Assembly: GCA_035547315.1 (NCBI GenBank) | Contig: DASZVH010000008.1 | Coordinates: 33,233 to 97,232, forward strand | Direction of reading: 5' to 3' | DNA length: 64,000 nt | Origin: Minisyncoccota bacterium | GTDB lineage: Bacteria > Patescibacteriota > Minisyncoccia > Phycocordibacterales > Phycocordibacteraceae | The notes under the pieces: generated by a model | Seen by the model: the letters and a program-made list of their open reading frames with translations, nothing else | Database searches by the model: none | What the model was told of the DNA's origin: nothing | Shown: positions 29,826 to 39,912 of the stretch, one piece after another | Layout of the letters: the number at the start of each line of letters is the position of its first letter | How positions within the stretch are numbered: the stretch's first letter is position 1 | Translations under genes and position numbers: made by a program

Positions 29826-31148
29826 ATGGATGCGGCCGGCCACTTTAGAAGCAAAAAGATCACCCTCATGGGCCTCGGGCTCTTGGGGCGTGGGGTGGGG
29901 GATGCCGAATATCTCGCAGCGTGCGGCGCCGAGCTTATCGTTACCGACCTCAAGAGCAAGGAGCAATTGGCCGACTCCCTTGCGCGACTCGAGAAATTTA
30001 AGAACATCGCCTACGTGCTCGGCGAGCATCGGCTTGAGGATTTCGACGGTCGCGACCTCATTATTAAGGCGGCGGGGGTGCCGCTCGATTCTCCCTACAT
30101 CGCGGAGGCAAAAAAACACAGGATACCGGTGCGCATGAGCGCAGATCTCTTTATGGAATATGCCGGGATCGAGTGCGTGGGCGTGACCGGCACTCGCGGC
30201 AAGTCGACCGTGAGCGCGATGATCGCGGCGATCCTCAAAGAAGCGGGGAGAGAGGTGGTGCTTGGCGGCAACGTCCGCGGCGTCTCTACGCTCGCGCTTC
30301 TCGAGGAGGTGAAGGGCGGCGAGATCGCAGTCCTCGAGCTCGACAGCTGGCAGTGCCAAGGCCTTAAGGAAGCGGGACTCTCGCCGCACATCGCCGTCTT
30401 CACCACTTTTTATCCGGACCATCTGAACTACTACAAGGGCGATCTCGATGCGTATCTCGCGGACAAAGCGAACATTTTTCTCTACCAGAGGCCGGAAGAC
30501 ACGCTCGTGCTGGGGCAGCAGTGCGCGGCGTTTGTGCGCGAGAAATACGGGGCCTCGATCAAATCGAGAATCGTCGAGGCGAGCGAGCGCGACGTGCCGG
30601 CCGAGTGGGAGCTCACGATCCCGGGCGCCCACAACCGCTACGACGCCGCCTGCGCGCTCGCCGCAGCGCGCGCGGCGGGCATCGCGGACGATGTCTCGCG
30701 CGAGGCGCTCGAGTCTTTCAAAGGCGTGCCCGGCAGGCTCGAGCTCGTGCGCGAAATAAACGGCGTGAAAATCTATAACGATACTAATTCGACGACGCCC
30801 GAGGCGACCATCGCGGCGCTTGCGGCGCTCGACCCGCATGGCGAGCGCAAGATCGTGCTCATCATGGGCGGCGCGGACAAAGGCCTCGATATGAGCGCGC
30901 TTCGAGAGGCGGTGCATGCGCACGCCAAAGACGTCGTATTCCTCGCGGGCTCGGGCACCGAGCGCATCAAGGGCGATGCGCCGGATAAGCCCGTCTTCGG
31001 CTCGCTTGAAGAGGCGCTCGCGGCCGCGCAAAGCGCGGCCGTGCCCGGCGACACCATCCTTTTCTCACCCGCCTTCGCCTCCTTCGGCATGTTCCGCAAC
31101 GAATACGACCGCGGCGACCAATTCAACGCCCTCGTCGCGGCGCTATGA
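29826..31148 (+). CDS. murD: UDP-N-acetylmuramoyl-L-alanine--D-glutamate ligase
   Basis: GLGLLGRG, GVTGTRGKST, LGGNV, LELDSWQ, DHLNYY, YNDTNST and SPAFASFGMFRNEYDRG. Confidence 0.95.
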   Translation: MDAAGHFRSKKITLMGLGLLGRGVGDAEYLAACGAELIVTDLKSKEQLADSLARLEKFKNIAYVLGEHRLEDFDGRDLIIKAAGVPLDSPYIAEAKKHRIPVRMSADLFMEYAGIECVGVTGTRGKSTVSAMIAAILKEAGREVVLGGNVRGVSTLALLEEVKGGEIAVLELDSWQCQGLKEAGLSPHIAVFTTFYPDHLNYYKGDLDAYLADKANIFLYQRPEDTLVLGQQCAAFVREKYGASIKSRIVEASERDVPAEWELTIPGAHNRYDAACALAAARAAGIADDVSREALESFKGVPGRLELVREINGVKIYNDTNSTTPEATIAALAALDPHGERKIVLIMGGADKGLDMSALREAVHAHAKDVVFLAGSGTERIKGDAPDKPVFGSLEEALAAAQSAAVPGDTILFSPAFASFGMFRNEYDRGDQFNALVAAL

Positions 31149-31164
31149 TCGCCGGTAGGCCGGT

Positions 31165-31923
31165 ATGATCGGGATATTCGATTCGGGGAGCGGGGGGCTC
31201 ACGGTCGCGAAGGCCATCCGCGCGCGGATGCCCTCGGCAGATATTCTCTACTTCGGCGATATCAAGAATGCGCCTTACGGCGAGCGGCCACGCGCGGAGC
31301 TTTCGCAGCTCACCATCGAGGGGCTGTCATTTCTCAAGAGCCGGGGCGCGAGCCGGATCGTCTCGGCCTGCAACTCGGTCTCCGCCTCGCTCGCGGTCTC
31401 CCTCTTCGACGCGCTCACGCTCGCGCCCGCTGACCTTATCGAGATGGTCGGGCCGACCGTCTCCTGCCTGCGCGGGAGCGAGGCGCGCCTCGTGCTTGCC
31501 GCGACCCCGGCGACCATAGATTCGCGTATTTATCAGGATGCCTTCGCGATGCTCGGGAAGGAGATCACCGCACTCCCGCTCCCGGGGCTCGCCGGCGCGA
31601 TCGAGGCAGGGAAGAGCGAGGCTGAGATTGAGCGCATCATCCGCGCGGCGTTCAAGGGGATCGCGCCGGGCTCCTTCGACGCGCTCGTGCTCGCGTGCAC
31701 GCACTATCCGCTCGCGTCGGGAGCATTTCGCGCGGTGATCGGCGAGGGACCGATTCTCTTCGATCCGGCCGAGGCGGTCGCGGCACGCGTCGAGCAGAAC
31801 TGGTGGCCGCAGGAGGTGGGCGAGGGGAGCGCCCGGCTCCTCATCTCCAAAGAGTCCGCGCCGTTTCGGCAGTTTGCCGCGGCGGCGCTCGGCGGCGCCC
31901 TCGAGATCAAAGTGCTAGCATGA
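31165..31923 (+). CDS. murI: Glutamate racemase
   Basis: IGIFDSGSGGLTV, PYGER, ACNS and LACTHYP. Confidence 0.95.
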   Translation: MIGIFDSGSGGLTVAKAIRARMPSADILYFGDIKNAPYGERPRAELSQLTIEGLSFLKSRGASRIVSACNSVSASLAVSLFDALTLAPADLIEMVGPTVSCLRGSEARLVLAATPATIDSRIYQDAFAMLGKEITALPLPGLAGAIEAGKSEAEIERIIRAAFKGIAPGSFDALVLACTHYPLASGAFRAVIGEGPILFDPAEAVAARVEQNWWPQEVGEGSARLLISKESAPFRQFAAAALGGALEIKVLA

Positions 31924-33200
31924 GCGCCATGCGCAAGGTCTATTTTATCGGCATCGGAGGGATCGGGATGAGCGCCTTGGCGCAATATTTGAAAGATCGC
32001 GGAGATTCGGTCGAAGGCTCGGATAGGGAAGCGAGCCCGGTGACGGCGATGCTCGAGGAAAAGGGGATCGGGGTGAAGATCGGGCAGAGAGCGGAGAATG
32101 TCCCCGAGGGTGCCGCGCTCGTGATCTACTCGGACGCCGTCCCGGAGGAGAATCCGGAGCGTGCGCGGGCCAAAGAGCTCGGGATCCCGCAGCTCTCCTA
32201 TTTCGCCATGCTCGGCGAAGTCTCCGCGGGGATGCGCACGGTCGCGGTCGCCGGCACGCACGGCAAGACCACGACGACCGGCATGCTCGCGGCAATCCTC
32301 AAGGCCGCGGGCGCGGCGCCCACCGCCATCATCGGCTCTATCGTGCGCGACTTCTCGAGCAATTATCTGCCGGGCGCAGGCGAGCTCTTCGTCGTCGAGG
32401 CCTGCGAGTATCGCGACCACCTCCTTGAGCTCTCGCCCGAAATCCTGGTGATCACCAATCTCGAATGGGACCATACCGACTGGTTCTCCTCGCTCGAGGC
32501 GCTCTCGCAGACCTTCGCCAAGGCGATGCGCAAGGTGCCGGAGCGGGGCGCGATACTCACCGACCCGAGCCACCCGAATATCGCGCCTTTGCTCGAGGGG
32601 CTCGCCGTCAAAGTGATCGATTACACCAAGGAGCCGGCGTTCGAGTTGAAGCTGCCCGGGGAGTTCAACCAGATGAACGCCCGCGCCGCCGCAGCGGCGG
32701 CGCGGGTCGCGCTCCCAGGCATTACCACCGAAGCGATCGCCGACGCGCTCGCAAATTTCCACGGCACCTGGCGCAGATTCGAATACAAAGGGAAGACCGC
32801 CCGGGGCGTGGAGGTCTATGACGACTACGCGCACCATCCGACCGCGATCAAGGAGACCCTTCGCGCCCTCAGGGCCAAGACCCGGGGCAAGGTGTATGTC
32901 GCCTTCCACCCGCATCTCTACTCGCGCACGCGCGATCTCCTCGACGGCTTCGCCCGCGCCTTCGGCGACGCGGACGAGGTGCTGGTCGCGCCCATCTACG
33001 CCGCGCGCGAGGCCGACGACGGCAGCATCTCGAGCGAGGTCCTCGCGGAGCATATTCGCGCCGAGGGCGTCCGTGCGCGCGCCGCCTCTTTTGAGGAAAT
33101 CGAGCGGGCGCTTTCTGTCGAGCCTCAAGAAGGCGACGCCATCATAAGCATGGGCGCGGGCGACATCTACAAGGTTGCGGACGCGCTCATAAAGCACTAG
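31920..33200 (+). CDS. murC: UDP-N-acetylmuramate--L-alanine ligase
   Basis: FIGIGGIGMSALA, AGTHGKTTTT, EACEY, DDYAHHPTAI and MGAGDI. Confidence 0.95.
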   Translation: MSAMRKVYFIGIGGIGMSALAQYLKDRGDSVEGSDREASPVTAMLEEKGIGVKIGQRAENVPEGAALVIYSDAVPEENPERARAKELGIPQLSYFAMLGEVSAGMRTVAVAGTHGKTTTTGMLAAILKAAGAAPTAIIGSIVRDFSSNYLPGAGELFVVEACEYRDHLLELSPEILVITNLEWDHTDWFSSLEALSQTFAKAMRKVPERGAILTDPSHPNIAPLLEGLAVKVIDYTKEPAFELKLPGEFNQMNARAAAAAARVALPGITTEAIADALANFHGTWRRFEYKGKTARGVEVYDDYAHHPTAIKETLRALRAKTRGKVYVAFHPHLYSRTRDLLDGFARAFGDADEVLVAPIYAAREADDGSISSEVLAEHIRAEGVRARAASFEEIERALSVEPQEGDAIISMGAGDIYKVADALIKH

Positions 33201-33209
33201 AGTGCGCGG

Positions 33210-33902
33210 ATGAAAGAGGTCGGCACCCTCTCGGTGGTCGCGACGCCTATCGGCAACTTAGGCGACATCACGCTGCGCGCCTTGGAGACGCTCAAGAACG
33301 CGGACGCGATCGCCTGCGAGGATACGCGGGTCTCAAGCAAGCTGCTTGCGCGCTTCGACATCTCGAAGCCCCTCCTCATCTACCACGCGCGCTCGGGGCG
33401 CTTGAACGCCGAGCGCGTGCTCGCCCTGCTTGCTGAGGGAAAGCGCGTCGCGCTCTTGACCGACGCCGGCACGCCGGGGATCTCCGACCCGGGCGCGGAA
33501 TTGGTCGCGCTCGCGCGCGAGCGCTTGGGGGGCAGTGTACGCATCGAGGCCATCCCGGGCGCTTCGGCATTGACCGCGGCGCTCTCGGTCGCCGGGGTCC
33601 CGGCCCCCTCCTTCCTTTTTCTCGGCTTCCTGCCGCACAAGAAGGGCCGCCTGACGCTCTTCAAGGAGATCGCGCTCGAGGAGCGTGCCGTCGTTTTTTA
33701 CGAATCGCCCCACCGCATCGTGAAGGCGCTCGAATCCCTCGCCGAGGTGGCGGGGGAGCGCGAGGTAGCCGTCTGCCGCGAGCTCACCAAGATCCACGAG
33801 GAGGTCGCGCGCGGCACGGCCCGAGAGCTCGCAAGCGACTTCGCCGCCCGGCCCGACGCGAAGCGAAAGGGCGAGTTTGTAGTAGTGATAAGCGCTAAGT
33901 AG
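33210..33902 (+). CDS. rsmI: 16S rRNA C1402 2'-O-methyltransferase
   Basis: VATPIGNLGDITLRA, ACEDTR, DAGTPGISDPG, YESPHR and RELTKIHEE. Confidence 0.95.
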   Translation: MKEVGTLSVVATPIGNLGDITLRALETLKNADAIACEDTRVSSKLLARFDISKPLLIYHARSGRLNAERVLALLAEGKRVALLTDAGTPGISDPGAELVALARERLGGSVRIEAIPGASALTAALSVAGVPAPSFLFLGFLPHKKGRLTLFKEIALEERAVVFYESPHRIVKALESLAEVAGEREVAVCRELTKIHEEVARGTARELASDFAARPDAKRKGEFVVVISAK

Positions 33903-33965
33903 TAAGCGGTAAGGCAGAAGGTTATCCCCACTTACAACTTACAGATCACGACGTATACTATCCGC

Positions 33966-34202
33966 ATGTCCCGCTCCACTATTTTCATCATCCTGGGCCT
34001 CATCGTGCTGATCGCACCCTTCTCCGGCCTCTACCATTCGTGGATCGCGCTCGTCGAGGCGCTTTGCGGCATCGGTTTCGTCGGCTTCGGCATCGCCGAG
34101 CGCGCCGCGATCACTCAGCGCTCGCGCGAGGCAGCGCCCGTGCCGCCTGCCGAGGCCGCCGCTCCTCTCGACGACTCCCCGCACCTCTCTCCGATCGCAT
34201 AA
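33966..34202 (+). CDS. Small two-TM membrane protein
   Basis: TATACT 6 nt before the ATG and two hydrophobic helices. Confidence 0.7.
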   Translation: MSRSTIFIILGLIVLIAPFSGLYHSWIALVEALCGIGFVGFGIAERAAITQRSREAAPVPPAEAAAPLDDSPHLSPIA

Positions 34203-34336
34203 GGCCGGACGGGGGCGTCCGAATCGAATGTGTGAGGAGTGCGACGGCGCGAAACCTAGGCGATTTCTAGCAAGAAATCGCCGCTTTCGCTAAGAATGTT
34301 CCCGTCGGGCCGCCACAAGTTGTATACTTCCTACAC

Positions 34337-36064
34337 ATGGACAATCCGGAACGCATAACCTACTTCGCCGCGACCGACTCGAGAGGGAAGCGCACGCCCT
34401 TCGGCATCAAGGCGCGCGACCGCGAGCGCCACATGTACGTGATCGGCAAGACCGGCATGGGCAAATCGACCCTGCTCGAGAATATGGCGATCCAGGACAT
34501 CAGGAACGGCGAGGGGCTCGCCTTCATAGACCCGCACGGCTCGGCGGTGGACAAGCTCCTCGACTACATCCCCGAGGAGCGGCTCAAGGACGTGATCTAC
34601 TTCGCCCCCTTCGACCTCGAGCAGCCTATAGCCTTCAACGTGATGGAGGATGTCGGCTACGACAAGCGCCACCTCGTCGTCTCAGGCCTCATGGCCACCT
34701 TTAAAAAGATCTGGGTCGACGCCTGGTCGGCCCGCATGGAGTACATCCTCTCCAACACCTTGCTCGCGCTCCTTGAGTACCCGGACGCGACGCTGCTCGG
34801 GGTCAACCGCATGTACACCGATAAGGAGTACCGAAAAAAGGTCGTCGCGAACGTCAAAGACCCGCTCGTCAAATCATTCTGGGAGGACGAGTTCGCCAAC
34901 TACGGCGACCGCTACACACAGGAGGCGACGCCCGCGATCCAGAACAAGATCGGGCAGTTCACTTCCAATCCGCTCATCCGCAATATAATCGGGCAGCCCA
35001 AGTCCTCCTTCGATATCCGCGAGTGCATGGATAATCGCAAGATCCTCCTTATCAACCTCTCCAAGGGCTTGGTGGGCGATACCAACATGAAGCTCCTGGG
35101 CTCCATGCTCACGACGCGCATCTTCCTCGGCGCGATGAGCCGCGCCGAGCTCGACGAGCGCTCGCTCAAGCGCTCGGCCAAATTCTATTTCTACGTGGAC
35201 GAGTTCCAGAACTTCGCCAACGAGACCTTCGCCGAGATCCTCTCCGAGGCGCGCAAATATAATCTCAATTTGCTGATCGCGCACCAGTATGTCGAGCAGA
35301 TGGAGGAGGAGGTGCGGGCCGCCGTTTTCGGCAACGTGGGGACCACCGTCGCCTTCCGGGTCGGGCCCTTCGACGCCGAGGTGCTCGAGACCGTCTTCGC
35401 TCCCGAGTTCACCCAGGAGGACCTGGTCAACCTTGGCTTCGCGCAGGTCTACCTCACGCTCATGATCGACGGCATCGGCTCGCGGCCCTTCTCCGCGGTG
35501 ACGCTGCCGCCCATCGAGCCGCCGCCCCGCTCCTACCGCAAAGAGGTCATCGAGCTCTCGCGCGCCACCTACGGCAACGCGCGCGGCCCGATCGAGAAGG
35601 CGCTCTTCGAGGAACTCTCCGCCGCGCGCGCGGCCTCGCTCGCCGCGCACAAGGAGGCCTCAACCAAGCCGCCGCGTTTCGCCCCCAAGGGCGCCGCCGC
35701 GCGCCCTGCGCGCCCGGCGCCGCGCACCCCGGCGGGCGAGCCGGAACGCGCGGCGGCGCCCACCTCCGCGCCGCTCCCGCCGCCGCGCCCTGCGCGTCCC
35801 ATGCCGCCCTCGGGAGAGAAGAGCGCGGAAGACCTCAAGAGCATTCTGCGCCGGATGACGAGCAAGGAGCGCGCGCAGCGGCAGGGCGAGTCCGTCGCCA
35901 AACAGCAGTCGCTCAAAGGCGCTCTCGCCGATGCGCTCGCCAAGGCGCCGCCTCCCTCGGCTGCCTCGGGACCTTCGGCCTCCGCCTTGCCGCATAATCC
36001 ACCACCTAAGCCCTTCGAGGTCCCCGAGGAGCGGCTGCGCTCTATACTGAAAGGAGACGATTAA
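34337..36064 (+). CDS. VirB4/TraG-VirD4/HerA-like P-loop ATPase
   Basis: HMYVIGKTGMGKSTLL, FIDPHG, YVDEFQNF, LSEARKY and AVFGNVGT, with a Pro/Ala-rich tail. Confidence 0.88.
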   Translation: MDNPERITYFAATDSRGKRTPFGIKARDRERHMYVIGKTGMGKSTLLENMAIQDIRNGEGLAFIDPHGSAVDKLLDYIPEERLKDVIYFAPFDLEQPIAFNVMEDVGYDKRHLVVSGLMATFKKIWVDAWSARMEYILSNTLLALLEYPDATLLGVNRMYTDKEYRKKVVANVKDPLVKSFWEDEFANYGDRYTQEATPAIQNKIGQFTSNPLIRNIIGQPKSSFDIRECMDNRKILLINLSKGLVGDTNMKLLGSMLTTRIFLGAMSRAELDERSLKRSAKFYFYVDEFQNFANETFAEILSEARKYNLNLLIAHQYVEQMEEEVRAAVFGNVGTTVAFRVGPFDAEVLETVFAPEFTQEDLVNLGFAQVYLTLMIDGIGSRPFSAVTLPPIEPPPRSYRKEVIELSRATYGNARGPIEKALFEELSAARAASLAAHKEASTKPPRFAPKGAAARPARPAPRTPAGEPERAAAPTSAPLPPPRPARPMPPSGEKSAEDLKSILRRMTSKERAQRQGESVAKQQSLKGALADALAKAPPPSAASGPSASALPHNPPPKPFEVPEERLRSILKGDD

Positions 36065-36081
36065 CACCTAACACGCTCGCC

Positions 36082-37251
36082 ATGCGGATGCTCGCCCCGC
36101 TCATCCTCGCCGCTTTTCTCGCTCCGGCCCTCGCTCTGGCCGCCGACCTCATCAATATCAATACCGCGGACGAAGCCACGCTCGAGTCATTGCCCGGCAT
36201 CGGCAGCACCAAGGCGGAGGCGATTATCGCTTATCGGGGCGCGCACGGCGACTTTGCGGCGATCGCGGACATCCAGAACGTGAGCGGCATAGGCCCCTCG
36301 ACCTACGGCGAGATCAAGGGCCTGATAACCGTCGGGGCGGGGCAGGAGGAGTCCGGCGAGAGCGCGCAGGACGATGCCGCGAGCAGCACGAGTCCCGCGG
36401 CGACCGCCTCGCAGGAGAAGGCGCTCCCCGTCTATGTCGACGGCGGGGGAGAGCGTACGGTGGTCGCGGGCGCGGAGACCGCTTATACCGCCAACGTCTA
36501 CGACGCCAGCGGCGAGGCCTACGCCGCGCCGGCCGTGCGCTGGGCCTTCGGCGACGGCTCGACCGCCGAGGGAGCGAGCGTGATGAAGAGCTACGCCCTG
36601 CCCGGCACCTACCTCGTCTCGGTGAGCGCGGTGGCTGAGAGTTCCTCGGGCGAGGACTCCTTCATCGTGAGGGCGCAGGCGCCGCTGGTGGCGCTCACGA
36701 ACTCCTCGGCCGCGGGCATCACGGTCGAGAATACGGACGCCGAGGCGCCGCTCGACCTCTCCCGCTGGCAGCTCTCGGCGGGCGGGGCTCTTTTCACCTT
36801 CCCGGCGGGGACTAAACTCGCGCCGGGCGCCTCGGTCACCTTCGCTCCGGCAGTGACGGGGCTTGCGGCCGCGGAGGCGGCGGAGTTGCTTTTCCCTTCC
36901 GGCGCGCTCGCGGCGAGCTATGCGACGGCTCCGCCTGCCGCTGCGCCCGGGCCGCGAAGCCCCGGCGGAGCCGTGCAACCTTCCGCGCCGCCGGCGCGTT
37001 CTCAAGAAGTGCAGACCGTCGAATCTGCGAGTACGCAAAGCCCAGCACCGGCACATGCAGCGGAAACAGCCCTAGCCCCCGCGACGACGAGCGAACTCGC
37101 CGCCGCGGGGGCGGCATTGGCCGCCCTCCCGCCGCCCGCGGCGGGCGGCGGGAGCCCGCTCTCCGGCGCGCTCAAGCTCGCGCGCTCGCCCTGGGCCTTG
37201 GGCGCGCTTAGCGTCCTTGCCTTTTCCGCCGCGGCGTTTATGGTGTTGTAA
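36082..37251 (+). CDS. comEA: ComEA-like HhH protein fused to PKD and lamin-tail-like domains
   Basis: Signal peptide, ININTADEATLESLPGIGSTKAEAIIAYR...VSGIGP, WAFGDG (PKD), LDLSRWQL...FTFPAGT (LTD-like) and a C-terminal TM. Confidence 0.8.
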   Translation: MRMLAPLILAAFLAPALALAADLININTADEATLESLPGIGSTKAEAIIAYRGAHGDFAAIADIQNVSGIGPSTYGEIKGLITVGAGQEESGESAQDDAASSTSPAATASQEKALPVYVDGGGERTVVAGAETAYTANVYDASGEAYAAPAVRWAFGDGSTAEGASVMKSYALPGTYLVSVSAVAESSSGEDSFIVRAQAPLVALTNSSAAGITVENTDAEAPLDLSRWQLSAGGALFTFPAGTKLAPGASVTFAPAVTGLAAAEAAELLFPSGALAASYATAPPAAAPGPRSPGGAVQPSAPPARSQEVQTVESASTQSPAPAHAAETALAPATTSELAAAGAALAALPPPAAGGGSPLSGALKLARSPWALGALSVLAFSAAAFMVL

Positions 37252-37253
37252 TA

Positions 37254-38132
37254 ATGATCTCACCGAAGCTCATCCTCGTGACCGGCGGCGCCGGCTTCAT
37301 CGGCTCGCATTTATGCGAGCGACTCGCGAAGGACGGCCATCGCGTCATCTCGCTCGACAACTACTTCACCGGCAGCCGGGAAAATCACGTCGCGCGCGTC
37401 GAGTATCGCGAGGGCCATACTAAAGACATCGAAAAGCTTGTTCCCGAATCGCCCGATCTCATCTATCACCTCGGCGAGTATTCGCGCGTCCATAAGGCGC
37501 TTGAGGAGCCGGAACTGGTGTGGGACATGAACACCGCGGGCACGCTCGGCGTGCTTGAGTTCTGGCGCAAGCGTGGGGGGAAGCTCGTCTACGCGGCTTC
37601 TTCCACCAAATCCGCGGCAACCAAGGCCGCCGACGGTACGCCGGGCAAGCACCTCTCGCCCTATACGTGGGCAAAGGCGGCGAACGTCGAGCTGGTGGAG
37701 AACTACGGCCGCTGGTATTCGCTTCCGTACGCGGTCGTATATTTCTACAATGTGTACGGGCCGCGCGAGCGCGCCTGGGGGGACTACGGCACCGTCGTCG
37801 AGACGTTCCGGCAGAACCTCCTCGCCAGCCGCCCGCATCAGGTGAACGCGCCCGGTACCCAGACACGCGCGTTCACTCATGTGCTCGATACGGTTGACGG
37901 GATCGTTCTCGCTGGCGAGAAAGGGCGGGGCGACGGGCACAACATAAGCTCGAAAGACGTGCATTCTATCGTGGAGGTCGCGGAAATGTTCGGCGGCCCT
38001 ATCGAAATGCATCCGCAAACCAAGACATCGCGGTCTTCCGTTGCCGACGATACGTCGAAGATAGAATCGCTCGGCTGGAAGCAGAAGCGCCACCTCAAGG
38101 AGTACGTCGAAGAGGCGAAAAAAACAAAATGA
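37254..38132 (+). CDS. NAD-dependent epimerase/dehydratase
   Basis: VTGGAGFIGSHL, YTWAK, YNVYGP and TRAFTHV. Confidence 0.9.
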   Translation: MISPKLILVTGGAGFIGSHLCERLAKDGHRVISLDNYFTGSRENHVARVEYREGHTKDIEKLVPESPDLIYHLGEYSRVHKALEEPELVWDMNTAGTLGVLEFWRKRGGKLVYAASSTKSAATKAADGTPGKHLSPYTWAKAANVELVENYGRWYSLPYAVVYFYNVYGPRERAWGDYGTVVETFRQNLLASRPHQVNAPGTQTRAFTHVLDTVDGIVLAGEKGRGDGHNISSKDVHSIVEVAEMFGGPIEMHPQTKTSRSSVADDTSKIESLGWKQKRHLKEYVEEAKKTK

Positions 38133-39313
38133 AGCGCGTCCTCATATTTTCGCTCGCGTACTACCCGAGTTTCGTCTCCGGAGCCGAGGCGGCGATAAAG
38201 GAAATTACGGATCGCATCGATCCCGCGGACATCGAGTTCCACCTCATCACCCTCCTGTTCGATCCGAAAGCCCCGCGCGAGGAGCGCATTGGTAATGTCC
38301 ACGTGCACCGCGTCGGCCTTGGGAGCGCCTACCTTTCGAAGATCCTTTTCATACCGCTTGCCGCGCTTAAAGCTCGCTCGCTCGATTGCGCACTCCATTT
38401 TGACGCGGTCTGGAGCATGATGACCTACATGCTCTTTCCGGCAGTGTTCGCGCGCGCCGTAGGAGTGAAGGCTCCGCGCATTCTCACGCTTCAGGATGGC
38501 GATCCGTATGAGAAAGTCTTCGAGCGCGCGTTCATCAGGCCCTTCGCCTGGATTCTCGATTACGGCTTCCGCACGACTGCCATTGTGCAGGTTATCTCGT
38601 CATACCTCGGTACGTGGCCCGGCAAACGCGGGTATCGCGGTCCTCTTGAGCTCATCTACAACGGCGCGAACCCGAAAAACCTTAAAGAAGAATATTCAGC
38701 GGAGAAAGCGGGCGAAGCCGCCGAGAAACTCGGTAAGAAGCCCGGTGATGTGTATCTTCTGAACGCGTCGCGGCTCGTACACCAGAAAGCCAATGACGTT
38801 ACGCTCCGCGCGCTCTCGCTCCTGCCGCAGAAGGTGCATCTCGTGCTCATCGGCGAAGGCGACGACCGCCCGATGATCGAGTCGCTCGCTCGCGAACTCA
38901 AAGTCGAAAACCGTCTCCACTTGCTCGGACAAATGGATCGAATGGAGGTGCCCAACTACCGCAACCGCGTGTTCTCCGATATTTACGTCACCCCAAGCCG
39001 TTCCGAAGGGCTCCAGCTCTCCTCGCTCTCGGCAATGGCCGGCCGCCTTCCGCTCATCTCGACCCAGGCGGGCGGTCTTGCAGAATACGTGTGGGATAAA
39101 AAACATAACCCCGAAAAGCCTGAGACGGCATGGGTCGTGGACGTCAATGCGCCGGAGCAGATCGCCGCTGCGGTCATGGACATTATGAGCAACCCTGAGA
39201 AGGTCGAGCGAGTTACGGAGACAGCGCGGGCGATGGTCTTGGAATCCTATGATTGGGACAAGATTGCCGTACAGATGCGGCAGCGGGTATTCGCTAAGGT
39301 ACTCGGCGCGTAG
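38129..39313 (+). CDS. Glycosyltransferase family 4
   Basis: SGAE, IYNG, SRLVHQK, PSRSEG...AMA and YDWD. Confidence 0.88.
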   Translation: MKRVLIFSLAYYPSFVSGAEAAIKEITDRIDPADIEFHLITLLFDPKAPREERIGNVHVHRVGLGSAYLSKILFIPLAALKARSLDCALHFDAVWSMMTYMLFPAVFARAVGVKAPRILTLQDGDPYEKVFERAFIRPFAWILDYGFRTTAIVQVISSYLGTWPGKRGYRGPLELIYNGANPKNLKEEYSAEKAGEAAEKLGKKPGDVYLLNASRLVHQKANDVTLRALSLLPQKVHLVLIGEGDDRPMIESLARELKVENRLHLLGQMDRMEVPNYRNRVFSDIYVTPSRSEGLQLSSLSAMAGRLPLISTQAGGLAEYVWDKKHNPEKPETAWVVDVNAPEQIAAAVMDIMSNPEKVERVTETARAMVLESYDWDKIAVQMRQRVFAKVLGA

Positions 39314-39395
39314 TTGCGCAGACGCATATTTTGTGCTATAGATAAGTCGGGTAATCGCATCGCGATTTGAGTTCCATCAACCACGGGAGGGCGTA

Positions 39396-39848
39396 ATGCC
39401 TGCACTCAAGCCTGAAGAAATAACTGCGCTCGGCGTCGTCTTCAGCTCACATGCCATGGATAACGGCGAGACGCGCCATCGTGTGTTGCGCCAAGGATAC
39501 GGATACATCCTGACGATCATGCCTCCCGATGGCGGCGGCTGGCAGAACAGCCATTACCACAAAGAAATCAAGGAACAGTATACGGTCCAGGAAGGCTGGA
39601 TTTGCTATGCGTGCCTTGTTCCTGGCGGCAATAACGGAGGCGTCTCGTTCAAAATTTATACGGCTGGGCAAACCTTCACTACCGGCACGGAGCCGCATAA
39701 CGTGTATATGCCCGGTGGCGCGGTAATTCATACCGTCAAGCACGGCATGACGTCACTCGAGAAGGATTGGTTCCCTTCGCCAGAACTCGATCTGCTGACG
39801 AAAGAAGTCTCGGAGAACGAACTGCGTCGGCGTATAGCTTGCGGATGA
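39396..39848 (+). CDS. Cupin-fold hypothetical protein
   Basis: WQNSHYHKEIKEQYTVQEG...PHNVY matches the cupin H-x-H-x4-E...H pattern. Confidence 0.65.
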   Translation: MPALKPEEITALGVVFSSHAMDNGETRHRVLRQGYGYILTIMPPDGGGWQNSHYHKEIKEQYTVQEGWICYACLVPGGNNGGVSFKIYTAGQTFTTGTEPHNVYMPGGAVIHTVKHGMTSLEKDWFPSPELDLLTKEVSENELRRRIACG

Positions 39849-39854
39849 GACACG

Positions 39855-39886
39855 AAGAGAGCGCGGTACGCCGCGCTCTTTCTTTT
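39855..39886 (+). terminator. Intrinsic terminator
   Basis: AAGAGAGCGCGG-tacg-CCGCGCTCTTTCTTTTT. Confidence 0.75.
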
Positions 39887-39912
39887 TGCCCATACGATGC
39901 TTAAATAGCGCT

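Noticed and set aside
34337-36064. Conjugative element or ICE
   Set aside because: No integrase, relaxase, att repeats or other T4SS genes, and the composition matches the host.
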